A DNA stretch of 64,000 bases from a virus, in the IMG/VR virus record IMGVR_UViG_3300023174_000102, positions 1 to 64,000 of that record. The stretch is one strand, 5' to 3'. Position 1 is the stretch's first letter. Each line of letters opens with the position of its first letter. A program made the translations under genes and the position numbers. The notes under the pieces were generated by a model. That model was given only the letters and a program-made list of their open reading frames with translations. It was not told the DNA's origin and searched no databases. Positions 1 through 8,649 of this stretch are shown one piece after another.

Positions 1-126
1 AATGATGGGAATATTGGCACCATTAATGTCTCTCGCACTGGAAATACCGTGGCTTTAACAGTCACTCCAGATCCTGCGATCAAGCCAGTCACTGTACGTT
101 TTGCACGTATGGGACTTAAGGCATAA
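1..126 (+). CDS. 3' end of a gene truncated by the window edge; probable virion/tail-associated protein
   Basis: Frame 1 is open (NDGNIGTINVSRTGNTVALTVTPDPAIKPVTVRFARMGLKA) to TAA at 124-126; beta-rich composition, directly upstream of the fibre cluster. Confidence 0.55.
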   Translation, partial: NDGNIGTINVSRTGNTVALTVTPDPAIKPVTVRFARMGLKA

Positions 127-143
127 ATAAAAGGAGATAAAAA

Positions 144-2048
144 ATGGCAACAGTAAATAAAGATTTTAAGATTAAGAGTGGACTTATCGTTGAGGGCCTA
201 CAAGGTACAATCAACGGTAATGTAATTCTTACAGAAAATGCGGGAGATCAATACATCCTTGATCTTATTGGTGGAGAAACACTAGTAAAGTCCGTAAGCG
301 GAAACCTTTCAGTAGATGGCTCAGGAAACCTTTCAATTAATCAGACAGGTCTTGCAGCAGATCTATCAGGAAGTTATCTGTATGACAACACTGGAACAAT
401 CAATCTTGACATTGAAGGAGTCTACGACGATTTAATTAATAGCGGAGTAGCAACAACAACAAATATTACAGATGCAATTAACACAGAGGTTACAAACCGT
501 AACTCAGCAATTGCAACTGCTAAGGGCGAAGCAGAAGATTATGCTGACACCGTTGCTGGCACAGCAGAATCAAATGCTAAGTCATACGCAGACGGACTTG
601 CTTCAAACTATGACCCAGCAGGCTCTGCAGCAACAGCACAAGGAAATGCAGAAGACTATGCAGATGGACTAATCTCAACAGAGGTTACAAATCGCAACTC
701 AGCCATTGCAACTGCAAAGGGTGAAGCAATTTCATCTTCTAACTCATATACAGATTCTGCAATTTCAACAGAAGTTTCAGATCGTAACTCAGCAATTTCA
801 TCAGCAATCTCAACAGAGGTTACAAATCGTAACTCTGCAATTGCAACTGCTAAGTCTCAGGCTATTGCAGATGCTAACTCATACACAGATGCAGAGGTTG
901 CAGCACTTGTAGATTCAGCACCAGAACTTCTAAATACACTTAATGAATTGGCTGCAGCAATTGCAGACAATCCAAATTATGCAACTGATGCAGCATCAGC
1001 AGTTGCTGGAAGAGTAGCGAAGTCTGGAGATACAATGACTGGAGACTTAGTTCTTCCAGGTGCTCCAACATTAAATCTACATGCAGCAACTAAGGGCTAT
1101 GTAGATGGAGAGATTGATACTCTTGATACAGCAGCACAAGGTTATGCTACAACAGCACAGACAAATGCAGAAGGTTACGCAGATGATTTAATTTCTCAAG
1201 AAGTAACAGATCGTAATTCAGCAATCTCTTCTGCTATTACTGCACTAGACCTTTCAAATACATACGATTCTAAGGGTTCAGCAGCACAGGCTTACACAGA
1301 TGCGGTTGCTGCTGCAGCATCAGATGCTACCACTAAGGCTGATGCAGCACTACAGAGTGCAAATGGATACACAGATAGCGCTGTATCAGCAGCACTTTCA
1401 GATGCACAAAATTACACAGATACTGAAATTGATGCACTTACAACAGACGATATTGAAGAAGGCTCAACAAACCAGTACTTCACAGATTATCGTGCAAAGG
1501 TATCAGCAGTTGATCTTTTGACTAATGCTACAAAGGAAAATATTGAGATTACTTGGACTAACCAGGGTGGTCTTGTTATTGCAGCAGAAAACGGTGTGGC
1601 AGACTCTACAACTGATGATCTTGAAGAAGGTTCAACAAATCTTTATTTCCAGGATTCTCGAGTACTTGATGCAGTATCTGGTTCAAACATTCAACCAGCA
1701 TCAGTTGACATCACATGGGTTCGCCGTGAAGAAGCAACCTGGACAGGTGTTCCAACTGCTTCAACAGCAACAGTTCACTCATTTGGAACAAACAAGGGTA
1801 GCGTAAAGTACCTTGTTCGTGTAATTAGTGGTTCATTCTCTCATGTAACTGAAATTCTTGCAACAACAGATGCAAGCAACAATGTTGCAGTAGTTGAATA
1901 TGGCACAATTTACACATCAGAAGATCCACTAGCAACAGCAACTGTTGTTTGGAACGCAGGATCATCACAGTATAATCTTAATGTTACAACAGCAAACAAT
2001 AACTCAGAAGTTCTTGTTGCAGCAACATTACTATCATACAATGACTAA
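144..2048 (+). CDS. Tail fibre/appendage protein with helical repeats
   Basis: AAGGAG RBS; repeated EVTNRNSAIATAK units; fibre motifs APELLNTLNELAAAI, KSGDTMTGDL, HAATKGYVD, TTDDLEEGSTNLYF. Confidence 0.75.
   Translation: MATVNKDFKIKSGLIVEGLQGTINGNVILTENAGDQYILDLIGGETLVKSVSGNLSVDGSGNLSINQTGLAADLSGSYLYDNTGTINLDIEGVYDDLINSGVATTTNITDAINTEVTNRNSAIATAKGEAEDYADTVAGTAESNAKSYADGLASNYDPAGSAATAQGNAEDYADGLISTEVTNRNSAIATAKGEAISSSNSYTDSAISTEVSDRNSAISSAISTEVTNRNSAIATAKSQAIADANSYTDAEVAALVDSAPELLNTLNELAAAIADNPNYATDAASAVAGRVAKSGDTMTGDLVLPGAPTLNLHAATKGYVDGEIDTLDTAAQGYATTAQTNAEGYADDLISQEVTDRNSAISSAITALDLSNTYDSKGSAAQAYTDAVAAAASDATTKADAALQSANGYTDSAVSAALSDAQNYTDTEIDALTTDDIEEGSTNQYFTDYRAKVSAVDLLTNATKENIEITWTNQGGLVIAAENGVADSTTDDLEEGSTNLYFQDSRVLDAVSGSNIQPASVDITWVRREEATWTGVPTASTATVHSFGTNKGSVKYLVRVISGSFSHVTEILATTDASNNVAVVEYGTIYTSEDPLATATVVWNAGSSQYNLNVTTANNNSEVLVAATLLSYND
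482..858 (+). repeat. Intragenic dispersed repeats encoding TEVTNRNSAIATAK / TEVSDRNSAISSAI
   Basis: acagaggttacaaa(c/t)cg(t/c)aactc..caattgcaactgc occurs three times near 483, 678 and 813, with variants near 768 and 1200. Confidence 0.85.
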
Positions 2049-2087
2049 GTTATAAAAAATAAAAATAGTTGGAAGAAGGAGTAGTAA

Positions 2088-2537
2088 ATGGCAACAGTCG
2101 AAAAAGACTTCAAGGTCAAGAATGGGTTAGTCGTCACAAACGGCGGTACATTCGGAGATGCAGTAACAGTAGGGGCACCAACCCTTAATGCCCATGCAGC
2201 AACTAAGGAGTATGTTGATTCAAGATCTATGGCTGTAGGCGATACTGCTCCTTCTTCACCAACTAATGGTACACAATGGTTAGATACTCTAACAAATAGA
2301 GTTAATTTTTACTATGAGGGTTCATGGTACACACAGGCAACCATTGATGATACAACGAATATTCCAGATCACATTCACGATACAGCAATTGATGGCACAG
2401 GCCTTATTGTAAGTATGTTTATAGATTCTGGATTTTTTGACAGCCCTATGACATCAGAAACAGATTCTGGGCTTGCTTCAGATACAGTTTTTGACTCTAC
2501 AGTAGATGGTGGAATAGCAATAGATAACTTCAATTAA
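2088..2537 (+). CDS. Small tail fibre-associated protein; N-terminus paralogous to 144..2048
   Basis: MATVEKDFKVKNGLVV vs MATVNKDFKIKSGLIV; HAATKEYVD and GDTAPSSPTNGTQWLDT fibre motifs; AAGGAG RBS. Confidence 0.7.
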   Translation: MATVEKDFKVKNGLVVTNGGTFGDAVTVGAPTLNAHAATKEYVDSRSMAVGDTAPSSPTNGTQWLDTLTNRVNFYYEGSWYTQATIDDTTNIPDHIHDTAIDGTGLIVSMFIDSGFFDSPMTSETDSGLASDTVFDSTVDGGIAIDNFN

Positions 2538-2543
2538 AACTGA

Positions 2544-2552
2544 TGTTATAAT
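2544..2552 (+). promoter_or_regulatory. Extended -10 promoter element (TGTTATAAT)
   Basis: TGn-TATAAT in the intergenic region upstream of 2592. Confidence 0.55.
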
Positions 2553-2591
2553 AAGATAAGTTAATGGGCAGCCCCCATAAGGAGAAAATAA

Positions 2592-3434
2592 ATGGCAGTA
2601 AGACAACAGCAAAGAAGAGGCACTGCAGCGCAGTGGACATCTGCAAATCCAATTTTGTCACCAGGTGAAATCGGTTTTGAAATTGATACAAACAAATTTA
2701 AGATTGGTGATGGAACAACTCGTTGGGCATCCCTAATATACTTTACAGCAGACGCAGCAGCAGCACTTGAAGATTTAATCGATGGTGCTCCAGGTCTTCT
2801 AGATACACTCAATGAACTTGCAGCAGCCGTTGGCGACGATGCAAACTTTTTCTCTACAGTAACAACAAATATTGCAACTGCTAAGTCAGAGGCAATCTCA
2901 ACAGCAGCATCAGATGCTACTACAAAGGCTAATACTGCTAAGTCAGAAGCAATCTCAACTGCTGCAGCAGATGCTACTACAAAGGCTAACAATGCTAAGT
3001 CTGGAGCAGAAACAACAGCAGCAAATGCTCTTGCTTCACACGAATCAGATACAACAAACATTCACGGCATTGCAGACACTTCACTTCTAGCAACTACAGC
3101 AAATGTAGCAACTGCTAAATCAGAAGCAATATCAACAGCAGGAACAGCAGCAGATACAAAGGTGTCAAATGCAGTAGCAGCACTAACAAAGTCTTCTGTT
3201 GGTCTTGGAAATGTTGACAATACTTCAGATGCAAACAAGCCTGTTTCAACAGCAACACAAACAGCCCTTGATTTAAAAGCACCACTAGCATCTCCAGGAC
3301 TTACTGGAAATCCAACGGCACCAACACAAGCAGTTGGTAATGACTCAACAAGAATTGCTACAACAGCATTTGTTAAGGCAGCAATACAAGACATTGCATC
3401 ACTTAACTTAGTTCTTGATGGCGGTGGCGTATAA
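2592..3434 (+). CDS. Tail fibre protein with Mtd_N/hyaluronidase-N-like anchor domain
   Basis: QQRRGTAAQWTSANPILSPGEIGFEIDTNKFKIGDG N-terminus; VGLGNVDNTSDANKPVS and SPGLTGNPTAPT...IATTAFV fibre motifs. Confidence 0.8.
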   Translation: MAVRQQQRRGTAAQWTSANPILSPGEIGFEIDTNKFKIGDGTTRWASLIYFTADAAAALEDLIDGAPGLLDTLNELAAAVGDDANFFSTVTTNIATAKSEAISTAASDATTKANTAKSEAISTAAADATTKANNAKSGAETTAANALASHESDTTNIHGIADTSLLATTANVATAKSEAISTAGTAADTKVSNAVAALTKSSVGLGNVDNTSDANKPVSTATQTALDLKAPLASPGLTGNPTAPTQAVGNDSTRIATTAFVKAAIQDIASLNLVLDGGGV

Positions 3435-3495
3435 AATGTTAAATTTTAATACAAAAATAGAAATGTACGCAAACCGTACAAGGGGGAGAAAATAA

Positions 3496-6084
3496 ATGAC
3501 AACAAGAATGCAACAGCGCAGAGGAACTGCAGCCCAATGGACGGCTGCAAACCCAATTCTGGCATCAGGTGAAATCGGTTTTGAAACCGACACAAACAAG
3601 TTTAAGATGGGCAATGGATCGTCAACATGGACTACCCTAGAATATTATTCTAATGCAGCAGAACTTCGCAGTGCAATTAATAATCTTATAGATGCTGCTC
3701 CAGGAACACTAGATACACTTAAGGAACTAGCAGAATCTATTGGAAATGATGCAGACTTTGCTGCAACCGTAGCAACACACACATCTGCAACTACAAATGT
3801 TCATGGAATTGCAGACACATCACTACTCGCAACAATATCAGGAGTTACTTCAGCAATTTCTGAGTCACGTTCTGTTTCAGCAGCAGATGCAACTTCAAAA
3901 GCAAATGGAGCAGTCGCAGCAGCAGCCATAGATGCTACTTCAAAGGCTAACGCTGCAGCAAGCGCAGCAGCAACAGCACTCTCAAACCATGAGGCAGATA
4001 CAACAAATATTCATGGCATTGCAGATACTTCACTTCTAGCAACTAAGAATTATGCTGATGGAGCAGTATCTGATCATAACGCAGACGAGACAAATGTTCA
4101 TGGTATTGCAAATACAGCATCACTTGCAACAAAGGATTATACAGATACAGCAATTACAACTGCAACATCACAACTTACAAAGTCAGCAGTAGGACTAGAT
4201 CAGGTAAATAATACTTCTGATGCAAACAAGCCAGTTTCAACTGCACAAGCAACAGCAATTTCAACTGCAGTTTCTGATCATAATCTTGATGAGACAAATG
4301 TTCACGGTATTGCAGACACCGCAGAACTTGTAACACAGACACAACTTACAAACGCTATTTCAGGTGCAACTGTAGATCAGGCAGCACTTGCAGGAAACGG
4401 TCTTGTATGGGATGCAGCAAACTCAGAGTATGATCTTGATAATACATATATCACAACTGCTACTCAGACAGCACTTGACTTGAAGGCACCTCTTGCAAAT
4501 CCAACTTTTACAGGAACAGTTTCTGGTGTTACAAAGACACATGTTGGCCTTGCAAATGTTGATAATACTTCAGATGCCAATAAGCCAGTTTCAACTGCTG
4601 CACAAACAGCACTTAACTTAAAGGCTAATCTTGCTGGTCCAACATTTACAGGAACTGTAACTCTTCCTGCAAATACAATTACAAATACAATGATGGCTGA
4701 TGACTCTGTAGATACTGCAGAAATTAAAAATTCAGCAGTTACAAATGCTAAATTAGCAGGGTCAATTGATTGGACAAAACTCTCAGTATCTTCAACAGTT
4801 TCAGAAACAGAACTTGGGTATGTTGATGGCGTAACTTCAGCAATTCAGACACAGTTAGATGCTAAGTTGCCAAAGTCTGGTGGAACAATGACTGGAGCGC
4901 TTACACTTTCAGGTGCACCAACATCAGATCTTCATGCAGCAACTAAGGCTTATGTTGACGGAATTTCTGCAGGAATTAATTTCCACCAATCAGTAGTTGC
5001 AGCAACATCAGGTAATTTGGTTGGTGTTTATGACAATGGCACAAATGGATATGGAGCAACAATCACAGCATCAGCAAATGGTTCTATTGGAACAATTGAT
5101 GGTGCAACAGTTTCTGTTGGATCTAGAATATTACTTCGTGCACAAACAGATGCAACACAAAACGGTATTTATACAGTCACTAACGTAGGTGGATCATCAG
5201 CAAAGTGGGTTGTAACTCGTGCAGCAGATGCAGATAATAATCCAGCAGGCGAACTTGCAACTGGTGACTTCTGTTTTGTAACTGGTGGAAATACATATCC
5301 TAATACAGGATTTATTTTGTCAACATCAGGAACAATTACAATTGGTACAACCAACGTTAACTATACTCAGTTTAACGCAGCACAAGCAATTGTTGCTGGC
5401 TCAGGTTTGACAAAGACTGGCTCAACACTATCTATTGAGTCTGGCGCAATTACATCATCAATGATTCTTGATGGAACAATTGTTGATGCAGATATTAATT
5501 CAAGTGCAGCAATTGCTAAGACAAAGATTTTTGGAACAGCAATTACAGCAGCAGATTCAGGTACAGTTACATCAGCAATGATCGCTGACGGAACAATTGT
5601 AGATGGTGATATTAATGCTTCAGCAGCAATTGCACAATCAAAGATTTTTGGACTTACTTCAGATCTTGCTGCTAAGGCTCCTCTAGCATCACCTACATTT
5701 ACTGGCACAGTAACTGTTTCATCTTCAGGTATTGCATTTACAGATGGTACACAGACAAAAGAAGGTGTTGTATCACGTACACCAATTGTACAAAAGACAG
5801 CATCTTATACACTTTCAGCACTTACAGAAAGAGACTCACTAATTGAAATCTCTTCTGCATCAGCAGTAACTCTTACAATACCAACAAATGCAACACTTGC
5901 TCTTCCAGTAGGAACTTCTATTGATATCCTACAAACTGGAGCGGGGCAGATTACAGTTGCAGGAGCAGCAGGAGTAACAGTTAATGCAACACCAGGTTTA
6001 AAGTTACGCACACAGTGGTCTGGAGCAACTCTTTTCAAGAGAGCAACAGATACCTGGGTAGTATACGGCGACTTGTCAGCATAA
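3496..6084 (+). CDS. Long tail fibre protein with Mtd_N-like anchor domain
   Basis: Same N-terminal domain as 2592; repeated TTNVHGIADT and VDNTSDANKPVS modules; RILLRAQTDATQNGIY motif; C-terminal beta domain. Confidence 0.8.
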   Translation: MTTRMQQRRGTAAQWTAANPILASGEIGFETDTNKFKMGNGSSTWTTLEYYSNAAELRSAINNLIDAAPGTLDTLKELAESIGNDADFAATVATHTSATTNVHGIADTSLLATISGVTSAISESRSVSAADATSKANGAVAAAAIDATSKANAAASAAATALSNHEADTTNIHGIADTSLLATKNYADGAVSDHNADETNVHGIANTASLATKDYTDTAITTATSQLTKSAVGLDQVNNTSDANKPVSTAQATAISTAVSDHNLDETNVHGIADTAELVTQTQLTNAISGATVDQAALAGNGLVWDAANSEYDLDNTYITTATQTALDLKAPLANPTFTGTVSGVTKTHVGLANVDNTSDANKPVSTAAQTALNLKANLAGPTFTGTVTLPANTITNTMMADDSVDTAEIKNSAVTNAKLAGSIDWTKLSVSSTVSETELGYVDGVTSAIQTQLDAKLPKSGGTMTGALTLSGAPTSDLHAATKAYVDGISAGINFHQSVVAATSGNLVGVYDNGTNGYGATITASANGSIGTIDGATVSVGSRILLRAQTDATQNGIYTVTNVGGSSAKWVVTRAADADNNPAGELATGDFCFVTGGNTYPNTGFILSTSGTITIGTTNVNYTQFNAAQAIVAGSGLTKTGSTLSIESGAITSSMILDGTIVDADINSSAAIAKTKIFGTAITAADSGTVTSAMIADGTIVDGDINASAAIAQSKIFGLTSDLAAKAPLASPTFTGTVTVSSSGIAFTDGTQTKEGVVSRTPIVQKTASYTLSALTERDSLIEISSASAVTLTIPTNATLALPVGTSIDILQTGAGQITVAGAAGVTVNATPGLKLRTQWSGATLFKRATDTWVVYGDLSA

Positions 6085-6112
6085 ATTTAAGTAGAAAAAA
6101 GGAGATATACCA

Positions 6113-7723
6113 ATGGCAGTTAATAAGAATATAGGTGGAAGATCACAGTCAGCAAATGACTTCCTTGCACCGTATGCACCAACAATTGGGACAGCAACAG
6201 ATGTTGGAACAGGTCGAGCATATAATAATGGAGCAGCAACAGTAACATTTACTGGAACTGGTCCAAATGCAGCGACCTCCTATACAGTTTATGCTGTTGA
6301 AGATAATACAAAAACTGCCACTGGTGTATCATCTCCTTTGACTGTAACTGGTCTTGCATCAGGAACAAACTATACATTTAAGGTATATGGAACAAATACT
6401 CAAGGAGGCAGAGGTTCTGATTCATCAGCATCTAACCAAATAACAGCAACAACAGTTCCTCAAACACCAACACTTGGAGCAGTAACAAATACTTGTTCTG
6501 GTCGTGGATTTGGTGATGGCTTAATTACTGTTGCTATGACAGCAAACGGTACTGGTGGAAAAGCAATTTCATCATACTATGCAATTTCAAATGCTGGACA
6601 AAATGGATCAGGTGCATCTTCTACAGTAAATGTTACTGGATTGTCAGGAGGAACATCATATACATTCCAGGGCCGTGTTTCAAATGCAAATGGTAACTCT
6701 GACTTAACAGCATCATCAGGTGCAGTTGCTGCAACAACAGTACCTGCAGCACCAGGGGCTCCATCAGCATCATCACCATCATATGGAGTTGACTCTGTTT
6801 CATGGTCAGCACCATCAAATGGTGGTTCTGGAATTACAAATTACCGCTGGACATCTTCTGATGGAAAGGCTGGAGATACTGGATCAACATCAGTATCAGT
6901 AAGTCAGGAAGTAGGAACAGCACAGACATACAGTGTTTATGCAACAAATGCTTGTGGTAACTCTGCAACATCTGCTCCATCAGGAACTGTCACAACTACT
7001 TTCGGTGCATTCGGTGCATTCGGTGCTTTTGGTGCATTCGGTGCCTTCTCCGCATTCGGTGCATTCGGTGCATTCGGTGCCTTCTCCGCATTCGGTGCAT
7101 TCGGTGCATTCGGTGCCTTCTCCGCATTCGGTGCTTTTGGTGCATTCGGTGCCTTTGGTGCCTTTGGTGCCTTTGGTGCTTTCGGTGCTTACGGTGGTGG
7201 TAGCCGTATTTACTCAGTTGGTCCAGAGACCCTAATCCTAACTACAAATGGATATGTAATGGCAGCAGATCTTGAAATAGGTGACACTCTTATTTCAGCA
7301 GATGTTCCTGGATTAGGTATGTCATTTACAACAGATGAAATGAAAGCCTGGAGAAATAGTCCAGACAATTTAGAAATTGTTCCAGATAAAACAACAACAA
7401 TCAAGGCTATTGGATTATCAAATGCAACAGTTTCTGTGATGATAGATAATGAAACATACTCAGGAACTCACCATTTACTTGCAAAAAGAGATGGTGTGGC
7501 TCAGATGATTTTATCTGCAAACCTATTGACTACAGACAAGTTGTGGTCTACAAAGACAAACTCTTGGATCGATATAGTTGACTTGGTTATAACAGAGATT
7601 AGTCATCAGGTTGTTTCAATCAACTGTGAGCCACTAGATATGTTCTTTACAGAAAACTTCCTAGTCTATGATGGCTATCAGATAGATTACCCATTACCTA
7701 GCATAGATCCTACACTAGAATAA
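6113..7723 (+). CDS. FN3-repeat protein with (F-G/S-A)21 array and C-terminal Hint domain
   Basis: Three FN3-like units (LTVTGLASGTNYTFKVYGTN; VTGLSGGTSYTFQGRVSN; VSWSAPSNGGSGITNY); tripeptide array; Hint motifs SVGPETLILTTNG..AADLEIGD, SGTHHLL, VVSINCEPLDMFFTENFLVYD. Confidence 0.8.
   Translation: MAVNKNIGGRSQSANDFLAPYAPTIGTATDVGTGRAYNNGAATVTFTGTGPNAATSYTVYAVEDNTKTATGVSSPLTVTGLASGTNYTFKVYGTNTQGGRGSDSSASNQITATTVPQTPTLGAVTNTCSGRGFGDGLITVAMTANGTGGKAISSYYAISNAGQNGSGASSTVNVTGLSGGTSYTFQGRVSNANGNSDLTASSGAVAATTVPAAPGAPSASSPSYGVDSVSWSAPSNGGSGITNYRWTSSDGKAGDTGSTSVSVSQEVGTAQTYSVYATNACGNSATSAPSGTVTTTFGAFGAFGAFGAFGAFSAFGAFGAFGAFSAFGAFGAFGAFSAFGAFGAFGAFGAFGAFGAFGAYGGGSRIYSVGPETLILTTNGYVMAADLEIGDTLISADVPGLGMSFTTDEMKAWRNSPDNLEIVPDKTTTIKAIGLSNATVSVMIDNETYSGTHHLLAKRDGVAQMILSANLLTTDKLWSTKTNSWIDIVDLVITEISHQVVSINCEPLDMFFTENFLVYDGYQIDYPLPSIDPTLE
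7001..7189 (+). repeat. 9-nt tandem repeat x21 (TTY GGT GCH, three TTC TCC GCA variants) with 36-nt higher-order period
   Basis: Encodes FGAx5-FSA-FGAx3-FSA-FGAx3-FSA-FGAx7; TTCTCCGCA at 7046, 7082, 7118. Confidence 0.97.
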
Positions 7724-7815
7724 TATTTTAGTATGTTTTAAATTTTAAAACATATTTTAAAATTTTATATAGATAAACTTGTGATTAGGTCATAAAAATG
7801 CTAACGTATTTGTTA

Positions 7816-7824
7816 TGATATAAT
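7816..7824 (+). promoter_or_regulatory. Extended -10 promoter element (TGATATAAT)
   Basis: Motif 13 nt upstream of ATG 7838. Confidence 0.55.
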
Positions 7825-7837
7825 TATAAGAAAGAGA

Positions 7838-8560
7838 ATGGAAATAATGAATACTATTAAATTTCTTCAGATGTATCCTCAGTTGCTAAGCATTGTTCCA
7901 GAGCCAGAGCAGGGAACAAAGAATATTCCTACATGGTATAAAGAGCAGCCAGCAATTTCAGGAAACGATGTTCCTGATAGAGGAATTATGAGGCTCACTG
8001 TAAAAAAATGTCAAGCCTTCTTTGATGCTATGGCAATGGGGTATATTCTAAAAGTTCCATGTGATATATATATAGATACAACTGAGGGAAACTTAAATAT
8101 TCAACTCCCTGCTGGAATGAATAAATATTATTCCATGCTTATAAGTGAACATTCGGCAGAGCAGGTTTCTCACTTGCCTATAGATAAAGACATTTACTGT
8201 AATAAAATTTTAAGAATTCATCCTACATGGATGGTTCAGACTAATGCTGGATATAGTACATTTTTTACAAATCCAATCCATCAGAGTCCATCTCCATTAA
8301 AGGCAATTGATGCTGTTGTTGATACTGATAACTATTTTACAGACGGGCATCTATCATTCTTGGTAAAAAAGAATTTTAAAGGAACAATAAAGCAAGGAAC
8401 GCCAATGTCTCAAGTTTTTCCATTTAAAAGAGAAGAATGGGAAATGGAACTAGATAAAAACTTTCCAGAAAAGAAAATAGAAGAACAAAGAAACAAAGTA
8501 AGGTCTACTTTTCAAAACGGATATAGATTAAAGTTTTGGCAAAAGAAAACCTTTAAGTAA
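7838..8560 (+). CDS. Uncharacterised phage accessory protein (TVKKCxxFxDAM family; possibly DUF6065/dUTPase-like beta fold)
   Basis: Motifs TVKKCQAFFDAMAMGYIL, GYSTFFTNP, VVDTDNY, GTIKQGTPMSQVFPFKRE; family assignment from memory. Confidence 0.5.
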   Translation: MEIMNTIKFLQMYPQLLSIVPEPEQGTKNIPTWYKEQPAISGNDVPDRGIMRLTVKKCQAFFDAMAMGYILKVPCDIYIDTTEGNLNIQLPAGMNKYYSMLISEHSAEQVSHLPIDKDIYCNKILRIHPTWMVQTNAGYSTFFTNPIHQSPSPLKAIDAVVDTDNYFTDGHLSFLVKKNFKGTIKQGTPMSQVFPFKREEWEMELDKNFPEKKIEEQRNKVRSTFQNGYRLKFWQKKTFK

Positions 8561-8607
8561 AACTCTCAACAATAGATTTAGGTAGAGTTTTACTTTTTTA
8601 AAAACTC

Positions 8608-8616
8608 TGCTATACT
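8608..8616 (+). promoter_or_regulatory. Extended -10 promoter element (TGCTATACT) upstream of nrdJ
   Basis: TGn-TATACT, followed by GAAAGGA RBS before ATG 8650. Confidence 0.55.
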
Positions 8617-8649
8617 TAAGATTATTCCGTTTTTGAAAGGACGATACAC

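Noticed and set aside
2592-6084. Diversity-generating retroelement suggested by Mtd_N-like domains
   Set aside because: No reverse transcriptase and no TR/VR pair differing at adenines seen in the window; Mtd_N is a common fibre anchor
7001-7189. CRISPR array or non-coding satellite
   Set aside because: 9-nt units without spacers, in frame, with synonymous third-position variation
7214-7672. Canonical splicing intein
   Set aside because: Lacks terminal His-Asn and a +1 Cys/Ser/Thr (reads VYD-G), has no homing endonuclease and only a 16-aa C-terminal remainder
8561-8649. Cobalamin riboswitch or NrdR box upstream of nrdJ
   Set aside because: Intergenic region is too short for a B12 riboswitch; CAATAGATTTAG only loosely resembles an NrdR box
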